NCBI GenBank assembly: GCA_051294905.1
Contig: CM119372.1
Location: 35,404,001-35,468,000, forward strand
Source: Botryllus schlosseri
Lineage: Eukaryota
Length of the DNA stretch: 64,000 bases
Reading direction: 5' to 3'
A program made the translations under genes and the position numbers. A model generated the notes under the pieces. It was not told where the DNA came from. It made no database searches and saw only the letters and a program-made list of their open reading frames with translations. Positions 1 through 13,843 of the stretch are shown piece after piece. The stretch's first letter is position 1. Each line of letters starts with the position of its first letter.

Positions 1-1289
1 CGTTCGATTGTGTACTTACGTTTAGTGCGGTCGAGGCACACAACCTTGTCGCAAGACTATACATGTAATCTACTTTGTAACGACACAGAACTCTGAATTC
101 CTGATATAGAAGTTGTGTAAATAGAGTCACTTTACTTTACTTGCCTATTTTCTGTGTAGCACTTCCACTCATGAAATAATCCGCTACCAATATCGAAGAT
201 GACACCGTAATATGATATACCACGTATCCGTTAATCGACAGTTAACCCAGCGCCTATGTAGTGTATCCCATCCCACACAGCGACCACATTCTACGCCAGC
301 GCAAAAAGCTATCAGGATTGTACGGCTGGAACTAATTGAGTGCTGGCGAAATTTACAATATCGCAGTCTAAATGCGTCACGGCGTAATTAGATCGGCGTA
401 TCTAAAATCCATTCAGTGACGTAGACGTAACGTCGATAAGCGTGATATTGGACGTATATTATCGATTTTACTCTGGACTGCACGGTAAGCATTACACGCG
501 AGCGTAACACGTCAGGTGAATAAGCGTTTCAGATTCATTATGGTTTCAAAGTAGCCGACTCGATTTCGTGCGGCTCGCTGTTAAAACAATACAATTCGCA
601 TTACGGAAGGCCCTATTGAATATTGAACTAGTACACCAGCACTAAACAGATTATAATGTATTCAAGTGTAGCGACACTATAGTTCCATTGCCATAGTCTA
701 CTGTCAGCTATACTTTACGTCTACCTTCAAATATGTTGCAGAATTTGTCTGTGTTACGGTAGACGGAAATACCATTCACATTTGCCTTGCAAATTTTTAT
801 AAGTGATTTTCTATTTATATCTATACCTGCTGCAACAGCAATAGCAATGTTAATTCTATTCACACCCATGATGAATCCCTTGGATATGGATGTATATTTC
901 AAACTTAATTGACAATACCAAACCAAGTTCAAATACACATGCATGAATTCATGAAACAACGAATGCCGTCACAAACCTGCCGTAGACGTTTACATCGACA
1001 ATAAAATGCGATCACTCTGATGTTGTTAAAACTCATTTCGGACAATAACACGATGATTACAGTTCTGACGTAAAGTATAGAACAGAGATTGACTGGACGG
1101 TGTGGATGCTGAAAAATAATAGTTGTGATGATGGTTGCACTGCACAACACATGTGAAACGAACTCAAACTGGAGACCTGCATCTATTCAAATCACGCGCA
1201 TTGCGTATTGGGAAGAAGAAGAAGATTGATCGTGATGTGACACGGACGAAACCACGAGCAATGTCATATACGCACGTACAATAACATAC

Positions 1290-1343
1290 TCATCTAAATT
1301 TCTTTTGTATTTCATAACTTCAGCAACTAGTTTTCCCGAAAAC
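1290..1343 (-). CDS. ChAT: ChAT-like coding exon (FSGKLVAEVMKYKRNLD)
   Basis: 54-nt exon, cacag| to |gtatgt, phase 2 at both ends and compatible with the preceding exon. Aligns with the ChAT segment FAAxLIxGVLxYKxLLD. I could not identify further exons in 1-1289. Confidence 0.8.
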
Positions 1344-1413
1344 CTGTGAATCGTGATGTAATGAATGACACCGTATATATACAATTATACATGCACAATC
1401 GACTGAATACTAC

Positions 1414-1532
1414 GTTATCCATGCATTTTCCGACTTGAATTCCATCTTTGGCAGAACCATGCCAGGATTGGAGTTGACTGGTAACGGCGCTTTGTTCCTT
1501 AGATACATGTCCTCCAACCACCAATCGTACGA
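1414..1532 (-). CDS. ChAT: ChAT-like coding exon (SYDWWLEDMYLRNKAPLPVNSNPGMVLPKMEFKSENAWIT)
   Basis: Follows a 58-nt GT-AG intron in phase 0. The WWLxDMYL...LPVNSNPGMV block resembles invertebrate ChAT more than carnitine acyltransferases (from memory). Confidence 0.9.
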
Positions 1533-1590
1533 CTGACGAAGAAAAGTGGTAATTGAGATTGTATGTCCAGAGGAAGACAGACGAACTCAC

Positions 1591-1785
1591 CCAATTCTCA
1601 TACTTTGTTGACTTTTTGAGCAGACTTTCCTGTAGAGTCGCGCCAATTCCACTCGGCGTTGCGAATTTGTCGACTATTCTCTTAGTTTTATCGAATTGCA
1701 CTTCTGGTACCAGTGGTTTGATACACAACAAATACCTTTCCAAGGTTTCCGCGAGATCCGGCACTGGTAACGATGGAAGCTTTGC
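1591..1785 (-). CDS. ChAT: Choline acetyltransferase-like gene, coding exon (AKLPSLPVPDLAETLERYL...KYENW)
   Basis: 195-nt exon bounded by ttgcag| and |gtgagt. LPxLPVPxLxxTLxxYL is the N-terminal signature of choline/carnitine acyltransferases. Confidence 0.9.
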
Positions 1786-3566
1786 CTGCAACAGATTTTA
1801 GGGGCTGTATTGGATTTGTTTGAATCCGGTATGCTTCCTGAGCATTACAGTTTCATTCATCGTCAGAACTATAGCTTTATTACTTGATAGGAATTTCTAC
1901 TCAACTAAATTCCACGTGTCAATTGAATTGTTCAATCTACACTGTTGTTAGTAGAAAACCATAAAAATCGTTAGTTATAGGGTAAAGATATCTGAAGGGA
2001 CAGATTCAAGTCATTGGACTGCTTGTCTACTAAAATCTCATCTTAAAACAGCATAAGTTCCATGTTCTGTTGTTACTTCATCTTCTATCAGTAAACAGAA
2101 CTACATACACGTGTTTGATACATTATATTACTACCGGCCACTAAAAGCAAAGTGCACAATATCTGAAGATAAATCCGTCTGCAGCTAATTGCAAATACCA
2201 ATAACCCGAACTTGATCACATCATTCCGTGAATAATTGAACATAAAATTTATAATACCGCATCATTTAGCAAGTTTAGCAATAATATCGTGACGATATTT
2301 CTAGTAATACTACAGACAAAAACTGCTACACAAGGCCGATTGAATTGGTAAGTTACTGAAAATACTACCAGATAACACCGCTTTAGTATCTAACCAGTTC
2401 CGGAAATTAATCCGCTCCAAGTGATTAATCTAGTGAATAATCCGATAAATCTTACAGCTGGGAGAACCATTGGGTCTCTTGAGATTATCACTAGGTTACT
2501 AATCTATAGATTTTAATTATTATTCCTATTTGCCAACCTGATGTAGCAAGGCTTTTCGACTATCCTGGTCAAGTTCCAAAATCTGTTTTGTCTTCATTTT
2601 CCTCCTCGGCATTTTCCAGTTGAATAATATGTTACGAATTAGGCGTGAAATACTTGAAATGGTACAGACTAGAGCGGTAGAAACTGCAAAAACATTCAAG
2701 CAACGTTTAGTATATACAGGAACGTACGGTGAGACTGTAAGGGAAACTGTATCTTACTGAAAGTCGATGGAAATTTAATTAAATGCGGACCAGCGAAACT
2801 ATTGATTTTTCTTAAAACTCGTCGCTTGGTATCTTGTGCGTCTTAAGATTAAATGAAAGGGGATAAGATTGATTTGTCCATGAGGTAATCTTGAATATCC
2901 GCGGATCGTCGCAACGTGACGATTCAATACTGTGAAATACTGCTATCGACATGACTAGTTTTCTAAATTCTTGAATAGGTGATTACAAATTCGTTGTTTC
3001 AAAACGTGACCCAATAATCGAATTGACCTATCCCTGGTATGGAATTGGTGACTGTAAAAAATCACGTGTGAATCAGTTAATCCACTTATGCTGCTGGTGA
3101 GATGTAAATACTGTCCGACAGTGTAACCTTATCGATTTTCATTCTCCATATTTATTGTTCTCAAAGAATCCAAGCGAGTTACTATATTTCTGCACATTGG
3201 ATGGACACACACCCAAGCTGGTCAATGATATTGAAGCCACCTTTATCTAAATTGAGTATATGGTCACATCTTTCAAGGATATACAAGATAAAACAATTTG
3301 TTTGATTTATAGCTTGATATCATGCTACTTCACACAAAAGCATAGTGGGAAAAGGTAGAAGGTAATTCAATTACATTCACACCCACTGATGGCGTCAAGT
3401 CCGGCTTTAAAAGTTTCCCATCAGAAATCATGGAGGAATACTGACTATTTTGTCATCGTCAATATGCGGAGCTTATAGCTACCGAGAACACGCATGATGC
3501 GTAGCCTACTGCGTGAAGCTACAGATCGCTATAAGTAGATTGTGAAATACATGTATTAGGAAGACC

Positions 3567-4546
3567 GGGATCTTAACTGCCGCACCCCAATCCGGGGGGC
3601 GAGCTCGAAGGGGCCCAAAATTATTTCGTGAATAAACTTAAATTATACGGTACTTTTTTTGAAAATTTATGCAGCTTTTACAAAAATTTGTCGCGCTTTG
3701 CGCGATTTACAGTTGTCAGTTATCTTGATTGTTAGGTACCCCTCCCCAAGAAAACCGTGCATGATTGATAGAAATGGGCGACGACTATTACTACGCTATG
3801 ACGCACCGATACCCATGAACCTTTAGACCATGTAACAAGCCACTCTGAGAAGTGTGCCAGAATGATCGGCAGAGAGAAAACCTTGGCCGAAAAGGACTGC
3901 CCTTATGCTGACCGAAAACTTCGATATAAATACACATGTTTAATAGTTCATAGGGGCCTAAATGGCTGGCGCCGAAAGTTCCTGTCCAGGCACCTGAACC
4001 CCACGAAACAGAGAAAAAATCAACGAAGAACAACCAATTTGAAATCGTGTGCGTCTTTTAGTGTATAACATTTGGGCGATTTCAATATCTTTTGTCATCG
4101 TAGCAGACATGAGGGCACGAAATAACATCATGTAACGAAGTCATTATACCAACGGGTCCGCCCGAATATGTTTAATTATATGTTATTTATGGCCCCTGGA
4201 TTTTCTAAGACTACAGGTCACTCAGCTTTACCGTTAGATCTGATTATATGAGCAGAGAGAGGGTAAAAATTTCGAAAGCAATATACATACAATACCCTCT
4301 TATAATGACCGATTCAACCATGAATTATAGAAAATTTTCGCGCTTCGCGCAATTAGGCGTATTAAGCAAGCTCACTAACCAGTACAACAAATCTTGATGT
4401 GAAAAGGTCCAGTCTGACGGGGCGTCTGGAGGTCGAAGCCCCCCCAGAAAATATGCCTCATCCCAAATGGGGGGCCCGAGACAAGCGTGTTTTTTTGGGG
4501 GGGGCAGGGGGGGGTAGGGGGCTGACGAAGTGCTGTTTCGGCCCTG
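3567..4546. mobile_element. Non-autonomous hAT-like element (CAGGGCCG-type end)
   Basis: Right end ...gtttcggccctg. Flanks aggaagac/tggaagac (7/8 TSD). Related sequence at about 7540-8790, 8830-9170 (inverted), 42000-42770 (inverted) and 59580-60110. Confidence 0.65.
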
Positions 4547-4581
4547 TGGAAGACGTCAATGCCCTTATGCAGTCAATATAA

Positions 4582-5511
4582 CAGTCAGACTCGAGTCACC
4601 TTTTTCGTATGACTTGACTTGACTCGAGTCACTTTGCTAAAATGACTTGACTTGACTTGACTCGGCGTATCAAAAATGTGGATTGACTCGTGACTCGGAG
4701 CAAAATTCACGAGTCAATTTCAAGTCATCAAGTAATCGGTGTCGATAAAAATCCCTGTATTTTGCATATGGTCGGACTGTTCGCTAAATGCTGGTGTAAC
4801 CCGTGAGAGCGACCAATATTTCAGTGATCGTGCGCTTTACTGAACCTCCATTGTTCTCTTACAAATATATTGACCGCAAACGAAGTGATCGAAACTTACA
4901 GATTACGTTGTCGTAAACTAGTACAGTAAAGTAGTTTAATAGCAAAATGTATATTTCTGTTCTCTGTTCTTTCTTCAATCAAACCTCTTATTTTATTGAA
5001 ATTGAATTAAAATATAGTTAATAAAGCCTCAACTATTAGCGTAGGCTTGAATTGTATCATATCAATTAGTAAATAGGTAATGCATTGCATCTTATCAATT
5101 CGTTTCGCTATTCTCTATTTTGGCTGGTAACTATAAACTGAGGCTGTGCAATTACTTACGTAGTTTAGCAGTTCTACGTATATGTGAGCGATACAGGGCC
5201 TTCTTGCGTGTATATTTGACTCTATATTCGCTCATTGGTTTAGAATCAATGACCACTCAATCTGTATTTCAGACAGCTAGCAAAATGCAATGACGTAATC
5301 ATGTCTCATACTTCAAAAAGGCAACATGACTCGAATTGTGACTTGACTCGTGACTTGACTTGACTTGACTCGAGTCACCTCCAAAAATCGAGTGACTTGA
5401 CTTGACTCGAGTCACTTTCGAAAATCGATTGACTTGACTTGACTCGAGTCAAAATGTGCAATGACTCGAGATGACTCGTGACTCGAAGGTAGTGACTTGA
5501 TCCCAACACTG
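4582..5511. mobile_element. Non-autonomous hAT element with (GACTT/GACTC)n subterminal arrays
   Basis: Perfect 8-bp TSD caatataa (4574-4581, 5512-5519). Right terminus cccaacactg; pentamer arrays at both ends. Confidence 0.8.
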
Positions 5512-6970
5512 CAATATAACATTAAAAGGCACACCTTAAACCCACAGTAACAATCCCCAATTATACAATGAACTTTCCTCCTTGATAGAACTGTTAAAAA
5601 ACTTATTCATTTCCTGTCATGGTACTTCCAATATCATTTAACTTCTTTTTTGAAAGATAAAAATTTGCACCCGACTCCAAACAGCACTATCATTAGTATG
5701 GTATGGCATCATGATCCCCGTTACCGATCTATATAGCCTTCACATCAATTTGACGAATTATCCTCATATCGAAACTTCTGAACTTTATATCGCACGAAAA
5801 TTAGCGAATGAATATTTCATGACCGCCGGGAGGACTCATCCAATTACAAGAATGTCAATAAATTTCAAGCTCGTGACAAAATTGGCCTTCAAGGAATTTG
5901 AGAATGTGTTGTTAATTAGTCACAGTGTGAGGCGGCGAGTAGCTCCTGTTACACCAGTAGGTTTGGTCAGGTCAGTAGGTATAGGCCAATAACATGGAAT
6001 TAGAATATCTTCCTCGTGCTGCATGACATCATATGGCGAAACACCCCATTACAATAAAAAAGCGGTTCCGATCTGAAAGCCAATTTTCGATGAGTCGTAG
6101 AAATAGGAATCTACACAATACATTTCTAACTACACTTCTAAGACACTACTATAGATTTACCGGTACAAAAAGTCAGTCGACTTTTATCGAAATACACCAG
6201 CCAAGGCTGTGTCAACGATAGGAGTTCGTGTACCATCTGAAAATAGTACATTGGACGCTCTCTTAACCGAAATTCCATGCTGGTGACGTCATATGTTGCG
6301 TTGCGATTGTTGATATGCAATGTTCATTTGAATTCTCTACTAGTTGCTGACGATTACCCCTGACGAGTGTCAGCCGAAAATATTCGGGTTCATCTTCCAA
6401 TATCAATATTATATTCAAGTGTATATTGAAGTTCTGTAGAAGAAGCTCTTCACATAGTGAACGGTGCATCAATAGAGTATTAAAAGAACGATAACAAGAC
6501 CATCGAAATATAATTTTCACACAAAACAAAAACGTTGTAAAGAATATTAATTACTAATCAACGCTACGTACAAGAAAACGACGTTGGGGTACGTGTCTTT
6601 TTATCAAAAACCAGCCGCCTAATCATAGCTTAAACCAGTATACCAACGTGTTGGGCCGTCATATGTTCAGAGAGAGAGAGGTCATATCGCCTACCAATGC
6701 CTGTCATATACGACTACAAATAGAACAATTCAAGTATTACAATATCGATGTAATTGTTCTATTACCCAGTTATAACGGTGTCAATCTCGATGCAACAAGC
6801 AAAAATATTGTGGGTTTATCAATACACTTAGCAGAATGTCGTAGCCACATGCCGCAAGAATTGGATGCTGCGATACGGCCGAGACGCTACCGAATTTACA
6901 AGGTAAATCGAAGGTAAATTTCAATGCGAATTAATACCGACGATTTGTCGTGATGGATCATAATCTAGAT

Positions 6971-9367
6971 CAGTGGTTCTTAACCCTTTTTCCTCCAGCG
7001 CCCCCTTTCAAAAATTATCGTGCTCCAGCGCCCCCCAACCTCATATAGTAAGGAATGTAATAAAGACAATGAGTAAGAGGGAGGGCCGTAACAGCACTTC
7101 GTCAACCCACCTAAAACGATTGCCTTGCGCACCCATAGCGTGATAAACCAAACTTCTGAGGGCTTCGCCCCCAAGAACCCCGTAGCGTGATTACGATGGT
7201 CAGCAAAGTTTGTGTGGCCTGGTCGCCCTAGGTGCCAAAATTTTCTATAATGCATGAATGAATAGGTGGTAATTACATATATAAGTCGCTATAAACTTTT
7301 CATCCTCTCAGCCCACGTATACTCAGATTTACCGGTAGAGCTGAGTGAGGTGCAATGTTCCCTCTAAGCTGCGCACGTGCGCAGTGATGACACGGTCTCT
7401 GCGCACAGAAAATCTACGTTGCGCACAACAAATCCGACGTTATGACCTTTTTTTAGTCGTTACGCACTGTTGTCCAAGGGTCTGCACAAAAAGTTGTTGA
7501 GTGTGCACAGACTCGTCAAAACGTAGAGGCAACACCGTAACTGCCGCACCCCAAACCCCCCAATTAGGGGGGCCCGAGCTCGATGGGGGGCCCAAAATTA
7601 TTTCGTGAATTAGCATAAATCATAGAGTATTTTTTGAAAATTTACGCAATTTTTTCAAAATTTTTTCGCGCTGTGCGCGAATTCAAGTAGCCATTTATCT
7701 TGGATATTTGGTATTGGGCCATTACCGCGCCACGACCCACCAAGACATACAATCAAGTTTTAGGCCATATAACATGCGACTCCAAAAAGTGTGCCAGAAC
7801 GATTGTCAGCGAGAAAAGCTTGGCCGAAAAGGTCTATGCCCTTATGCAGACCAAAGACTTCGCTATATATACAAAATACATATAGGTTTAATAGTACATA
7901 GGCGCCTAAATGACTGGCGCCGAATGTTCCCGTCTTTGCAATCTGAACCTCACAAGACAAATACCACCCCGCTGGGAAAAATTTTATGCCAGTGAAGAAA
8001 TAACAATTTGAAATCGTGTGCGTCTCTTAGTTTAGAAGCCTACGTTTGGGCGGTTCTATATTTTTTGATATAGCAGACTGGAAGTCACGAAATAACATCA
8101 TGAAACGAAGTCATATCAACAGTTCCGCCCGCCCGAAGATGTTTAATCATTATTTACGGGCCCTCCCGTTTTCAAGACATTTCACTCAGCTCTACCGGTA
8201 AATCTAATTACGTGAGTAGAGAGGACAATAAATTGACAGCATATTATATATGCAATCGCCGATCTGATTGACCGATTTTATCATAAATTATCGAAAATTT
8301 TCGCGCTTCGCGCTGGATCACAATACAGTACACGTAATTTCGTGACAAACGCGAACAACGTGATGGAGGGGGTCGTTTTATCACCCTATGGGAGCCCAAG
8401 ACCCACGTTTTGGGGGGCCTGACGAGGTGCTGTTTCGTTCCTGCAACAGGTATACGCCCGAAGATGTTTAATTATTATTGAGTGGTCCTACCTTTTCAAA
8501 CACACCTCACTCAGCTCTACCGGCAAATCTGATCACGCGAGCAGAGAGAAGATAAAAATTGATAACAATGTATGCAATTCCCGATCATACTGACCGATGA
8601 AATCACGAATTCTAGAAATTTTGCGCGCCTCGCGCGCTTAGGCGACAAAGTCCGATTCACTAAAGAAACTCCCAATCAATATGATGAATAGTGGTAAACA
8701 GTGTATCGCCAGTTCGGTTTATAACCCTATGGGGGGCCCAAGACCAAAGTTTTTTCGGGGGCCTGACGAAGTGCTGTTACGGCCCTGCGTAGAGGGAACA
8801 TAGTGAGGTGTCTTGGAAACTGCAGATCCCGTAACTAATGTTCAAACATATTCGGGCGGGCGGACCCGCTGCATGATGTTATTTCGTGACCTCCTGTCTG
8901 CTATATCAAAAAAATATAGAATCGCCCAACAGGGATATCGCCAACAGGGATATCTAGTTATATATATTCCAGTCGCCGAATCGTACTAAGCTAAAAGACG
9001 CACACGATTTCAAATTGGTATTTCTTCAATGGCATATAATGTTTCCCTGCCAGATGGAATTCGTCTTCTGAGGTTCAGATTGCCAAGACAGGAACATTCG
9101 GTGCCAGTCATTTAGGCACCTACGGAAAATTAAACCTATATGTCTTTTGTAGGCTATATATAACGAAGTTTCGGTGTTAGTTTGCTCTGAATACTCATTA
9201 AGGATATGTCCTACCACCACATCATCTACTGCGAAGCCATTTCTCTCCAGCGCCCCCCATATCTCCCCCTGAGCCCAGCGCCCCCCATATCGCCCCCTGA
9301 GCGTTTCCGCCCCTTCAAAATCGCCAGCGCCCCTTGGGGGCGCTGCAGGCAAGGTTAAGAAACACTG
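6971..9367. mobile_element. Composite hAT (Buster/Charlie-like) MITE with nested insertions
   Basis: TIRs cagtggttcttaacc / ggttaagaaacactg; perfect TSD atctagat. Confidence 0.8.
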
Positions 9368-9375
9368 ATCTAGAT

Positions 9376-10463
9376 TATGGGCGGGCATCTGATCCGGCCC
9401 GCGGAGCAGTTTTCAGTAGATTGAAAAATGCATGCATAATCGAGCATATTTCTAACAGCAAATGTTAGGATTTTTAGCAAGAAATATTCCCATTAAATCA
9501 GGGACGGGCAACATACGGCAAGCGGGCTGGAACCGTCTCGCGACGTGATTTTGAGCGGCCCTCAGACAGTTTTCGGTCTTAAATGATAACATGGCCTGCG
9601 GTCACAGTCTTCCGCAATTCTTACGTCAAATTATAGTGACTCTTTCTTTTTTCGGACACCAATAATAGTTCTTTGTTTTCTTTGTGTGCGACATGCAGCC
9701 AGAGTTCAAAGAACCTATACAGAACTTTGATCGACAACAGATGTCTCATTGACGTCAACAGTTGTTGAGTTACATTACGTTAATATAGTCATTGAATACT
9801 GCTTACGTCTCTATGCTTCAGACTTGAAGTTTACAATAGATACGATTTATCCTTGTATAGTTTGATGAATAAGCATTTAATGTATCGATTCAGGAATCCG
9901 TCCGCCAAGTGCATCATTCTCCCATATCCGGCCCGCCTAACGAAGAAGTTGCCCGCCTCTGCATTAAATAATCCCTCACGAAAGCAAATGGGGAGCATGT
10001 TCATAGGCCATAACCATATCCGACATGTGATTTCACTTTAGTTAGCTATAGGAACAGTATAGTTCACGTTGACACTCAATTTCGAGAATGCAAAAAAGTG
10101 GATACAGAGTTCGCCTGACACTAGTACACAACTAAAACGAAGGGTGCATAAAAATATGACAACTCATTGCATCGTGAGAGCCTCTGTTTTGTCCGTTTAT
10201 GACGGTATTCAACCGCCCTGTCATCGTATTATTGCCATATTTCCATTAGGTACGAATAACGGTGTAGCTACAATAGAACCCCCATGATCCGTAATATATT
10301 TTATTATACTATCATGTGCATAGGCTTAATAATAAACTATTAAAATGAAAGTCAGGGGCAGGAGTTATGAGGTATTATTTTGGAATCATTCGACTAGTGC
10401 AGCACGCGAGCAATCTGAAGGTTTGAATCCGGACAGCGATATAAGTCGAGTTTGACACCCCTG
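9376..10463. mobile_element. hAT MITE (CAGGGGTGTCAAAC family), inverted relative to the copy at 14928
   Basis: Right end gagtttgacacccctg followed by atctagat; atctagat also precedes it. Internal similarity to 14928-15816. Confidence 0.7.
9499..9961. mobile_element. Nested hAT MITE (CAGGGGCGGGCAAC family)
   Basis: TIRs cagggacgggcaac / gttgcccgcctctg; perfect TSD cattaaat. Confidence 0.8.
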
Positions 10464-10584
10464 ATCTAGATACTCCCGAAATTCGATGGTTGCCCCTCGA
10501 CAGGAATCATTACAATCAAACACGACTGGGGATTTGATTACTCCGATCTTTGTGCTCGCGCCAAGCCCCTATTGCAACCACAGA

Positions 10585-10840
10585 GAGATCAGATTTATTT
10601 TCGCCTTCGCCATCGGGATGCTTTGACGATGGAGATGCGATACGGCCTTTCAAGTGATATCATCGAGCCTACTTCGCAAATTTTTCTCCTTGACCACCAT
10701 GCTATTCGCGGATGCTGATGGCCTAGCTAGATAGCCGTGGATACCGGTTTTCGAGTCTTTGGTCTGACCCAGCCGGGGATTGAATCCACGAACTACCGAT
10801 CAAGACGCCGGTCGCATCACCATTACACTACCTCGCTCGG
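10585..10840 (-). mobile_element. tRNA-derived SINE, family A
   Basis: Minus strand has an A-box-like tagtgtaatgg and a B-box-like ggattcaatccc, followed by ggtcagaccaaagact. Second copy at about 45316-45513. Boundaries approximate. Confidence 0.65.
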
Positions 10841-10871
10841 TCGCAACATTTCAGAGAAGATCTAACTGTAC

Positions 10872-10940
10872 CTGTAAGTTTTTGAGTTGCGACATCATGA
10901 GTCCTATATCTCGACTATTGGTCAATGCAATTGGAGACAT
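10872..10940 (-). CDS. Candidate first coding exon of ChAT-like gene (MSPIALTNSRDIGLMMSQLKNLQ)
   Basis: ATG with an in-frame stop just upstream, 23 codons, ending CAG|gtacag in phase 0, which is compatible with the exon at 1785. No homology support. Confidence 0.3.
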
Positions 10941-11737
10941 TTCCTCAAGCTTAGCTTTTTAATAGGGACACTTTGCCAATGCCCATCAGATTTTTGGTAT
11001 TTTAACTACTTGAATTAAGGGTTTACGGAGTACGTTGTCCTCGCCTGATGTATTTCTCGGAATTGAAGATCATAATGATGAAAACCATTTACTATTCCTC
11101 GTCTCTTCACCGGTAATTTGAACTGGACGAGATATCAATTACTTCAAGAAGTCGCATCCCAAACGCGCAAGATTCGTCTATATCACCAATGAAGGTTCGA
11201 TATCCCGTCATGACAGCACGAATGAATATCGATCTCTATCCTTCATTTTAGGGGTTTTGTCCGATATCTAATTAGGCTGACAACGTTCAGGCACCCTTTA
11301 CTTTACTCTCCTGCATTTCATTAAGACGTACAAGTTGATAAGGTGATACAATAGCAACCGGGATGAAAAATGCGAATCGAACCGTGTCGTATCGCAAAAA
11401 TCGATACGACCTTGCCGCAATATTACTTGTGAATTTTCGTGACAGCTCAATTCATTATCTAGCTAGCACATTCATTTGTTGATTAAAAACCGGTAATGTA
11501 TAATTGCCTATACGGTTAACTCTAAGACAGAAATACACCTCATAGTCTGTGACTGCATTTTTCAACCTTAGGACCAGATTTATGATCGAGCTTGTCTTTA
11601 TCTCTAAGTTCGCACCGAAGTCCATGCATTTCATTCCATAGGGTTCTGTTAAAAATAATTTTGCCTCTGATTCGAGCCGCTTTTAGTTGAAGCAATAATT
11701 CTGCTCAGGATTTTTTGATTTTTAAGTTGTTTTACTC

Positions 11738-11763
11738 ACAACAACAACAACAACAACAACAAC
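11738..11763. repeat. (ACA)n microsatellite
   Basis: About 8 tandem ACA units. Confidence 0.9.
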
Positions 11764-11947
11764 TAAAGAACGTGGGGTGAATGGCCATACCAATTAAGGT
11801 GCTGCAACATATCGCATCATCTCAATAGTATGCGGTTCGGAATCGACATGCCCACAGTTGAAAATGTTCAACATCTCTCGTAATAATGGGTCGCTATAGT
11901 CACCATTATTTCGTTTCAATAGCAAAATATCGCGGACACATGTCGAC

Positions 11948-12403
11948 TAGGGCTATTAATTCGATTAAGTCGAATGGTTCGAGTCCAGTAGTGAAAAATG
12001 ATATTTTCAATACTGAAATTATACGCTCCTTGTCACCAATAGTTTCTTTATCAAGAAGAATTCGACACTATCTTCCTCTGAGGAAGGCTGAATACCTACA
12101 TTAGCCGTATCGCAACATCGAGACATGTAGTAACAAGTTAGGGGAATTGAAATATCTTCGATATCGTGATCGGCCAACGGCTTTGTTAAAAATCGCATGA
12201 AATAGGCAAGGCCGAAGAAATACTAAATTATATATTTTATGTGGTGTAGAACTAGCTTTATATTTGTGCGGTCGCATATTGTAACTATTCACGTCATATA
12301 TACTGCTGTGGTGTCATAATCGCGTGTGATACCAGAAACTCAACACCTAATGCTCGATACTCGAATCACTCTCACGTAGCCTACTCAATCCTGCTCAGCC
12401 CTA
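11948..12403. mobile_element. Diverged copy of the TAGGGCTGGGCA hAT MITE family
   Basis: tagggct...cagcccta termini; interior similar to 39637-40152. Confidence 0.55.
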
Positions 12404-12414
12404 GTTATGTGCGG

Positions 12415-13843
12415 TAGGGATGGTTCACGTTCGCGTTCTGTGTGTGAACCTCAGAAATTTAGAGGTTCACGTTCACAAACGAACCTTTTTCATATATTAC
12501 AATTTTCACTTCGTTATAACATCTTTGGTTGAAATTTATTTCGTTCCAACTGTGCATGGCGCTGACAGCTTTAAAAACAATCAACACTAAATAAGCATGC
12601 ACCTTAATGACAATTTCAAACATTTTACTAGCTTTGTTACAAAGGTTTGCTCAAAATATCTAGCCTTTAGATTGTGAATATTAGATGACTCTCTGCTGTG
12701 AGCTTGATCAGCAATCACACAACACCAGGAGCGAAATACGCTACCTTTTTTTTTCATCATCATTGGTTTATTAGCAATTTTATCAGTTCAATACACCACA
12801 AAATGCGATACAATGGAAAGACAGGAAGATGTCGAAGCGACAAGGAGTAGTCTATGGAATCTGACACCCACCTTGGCCTAGGCGATGTAAAGAGGAGGCA
12901 TGCACACTGAATGAAAGTAAAGAAGATAGTATAGAAGAAGAATGCGACAAGAAATAGGGCGGCATGTCATGGGAAGCGAGATCGATAGGTCAGTCGTGGC
13001 CCGGTAATCTTGAGGATGGACTGTATTTATTTAGGGGTAATTGCTTGTATTTCGACTTGAATGTGGACATGCTCGTCGACTGTCGGATGGCCGGCGGGAT
13101 ACTGTTCCACACATCAGGTCCGGCATATTTGATGGAGCGATGATCTTTTCGGTCGATCATATGATATTTGGACGACGTGGACGCGCGTGTGTTGTACTTG
13201 TGCGCTTTTGATTCAGAGGTATAGGTAGGTAGTCACCGAATGATGCTTATTCAACCAATCAATGAAATTGATATCGTTGTTTGATGTAAAAAATCTAGCA
13301 GGCGTTTTACGGGTTCAATCTTCAATCATATGTTTATTGTATCATAAAAACCAAATCCGTGCTATTGGGGTGCTGGCTACTGCTCTATAACTTGATAATG
13401 GGGTAATATCGGTAGCAAGTATAGAATCACGTTTTACACTCTGCTCAATTTCAACATAGCAATGCTCAGACACCGAATACATTGTCCGGTCTGGCCTAGG
13501 CCGGGCGTAAGTTTATATTCCCTCGCAAGTCCTCGTCGAAATTGTTGGCAAAAGCGTCGGAACACATGGATTTTATGGGATAATTATATCATTTGATTAC
13601 CCCAGTTTTTAGATTTGGCGACGTTTAAAACGTCAATATGTACTTCAGCATTGTGGCATTATGTGGCCCGAGTCGTCGTTAGGTATCGTGTACAAGGTTA
13701 TCTCTTCCCTGAAATGCAGGGTTAGAATTTGCAAAATTACCTCTTGTAACGTCATGACGTTCATGTTCGCGTTCACACAGAACCTTTCAAAAAGGTTCGC
13801 GTTCACACGAACCTGAACCTTTCAGAGGTTCACACCATCTCTA
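12415..13843. mobile_element. hAT MITE (TAGGGATGGT family, GTTCAC/GTGAAC subterminal repeats) containing a LINE fragment
   Basis: TIRs tagggatggt / accatctcta; TSD atgtgcgg/atgagcgg (7/8). Homologous to 54743-55671 and 31210-31599. Confidence 0.75.
12746..13219 (-). mobile_element. 5'-truncated CR1/L2-type LINE 3' end
   Basis: Minus strand encodes HKYNTR...SIKYAGPDVWNSIPPAIRQSTSMSTFKSKYK, a typical ORF2 C-terminus, followed by a 3' UTR ending aataaacca(atg)n and poly(A). Confidence 0.8.

Noticed and set aside
4582..5511. GACTCGAGTC/GACTT arrays (also 22940-23574, 40150-40320, 41570-41785) as CRISPR-like repeats
   Set aside because: No constant repeat plus unique spacer periodicity, no cas genes, eukaryotic context; they lie inside TIR/TSD-bounded elements.
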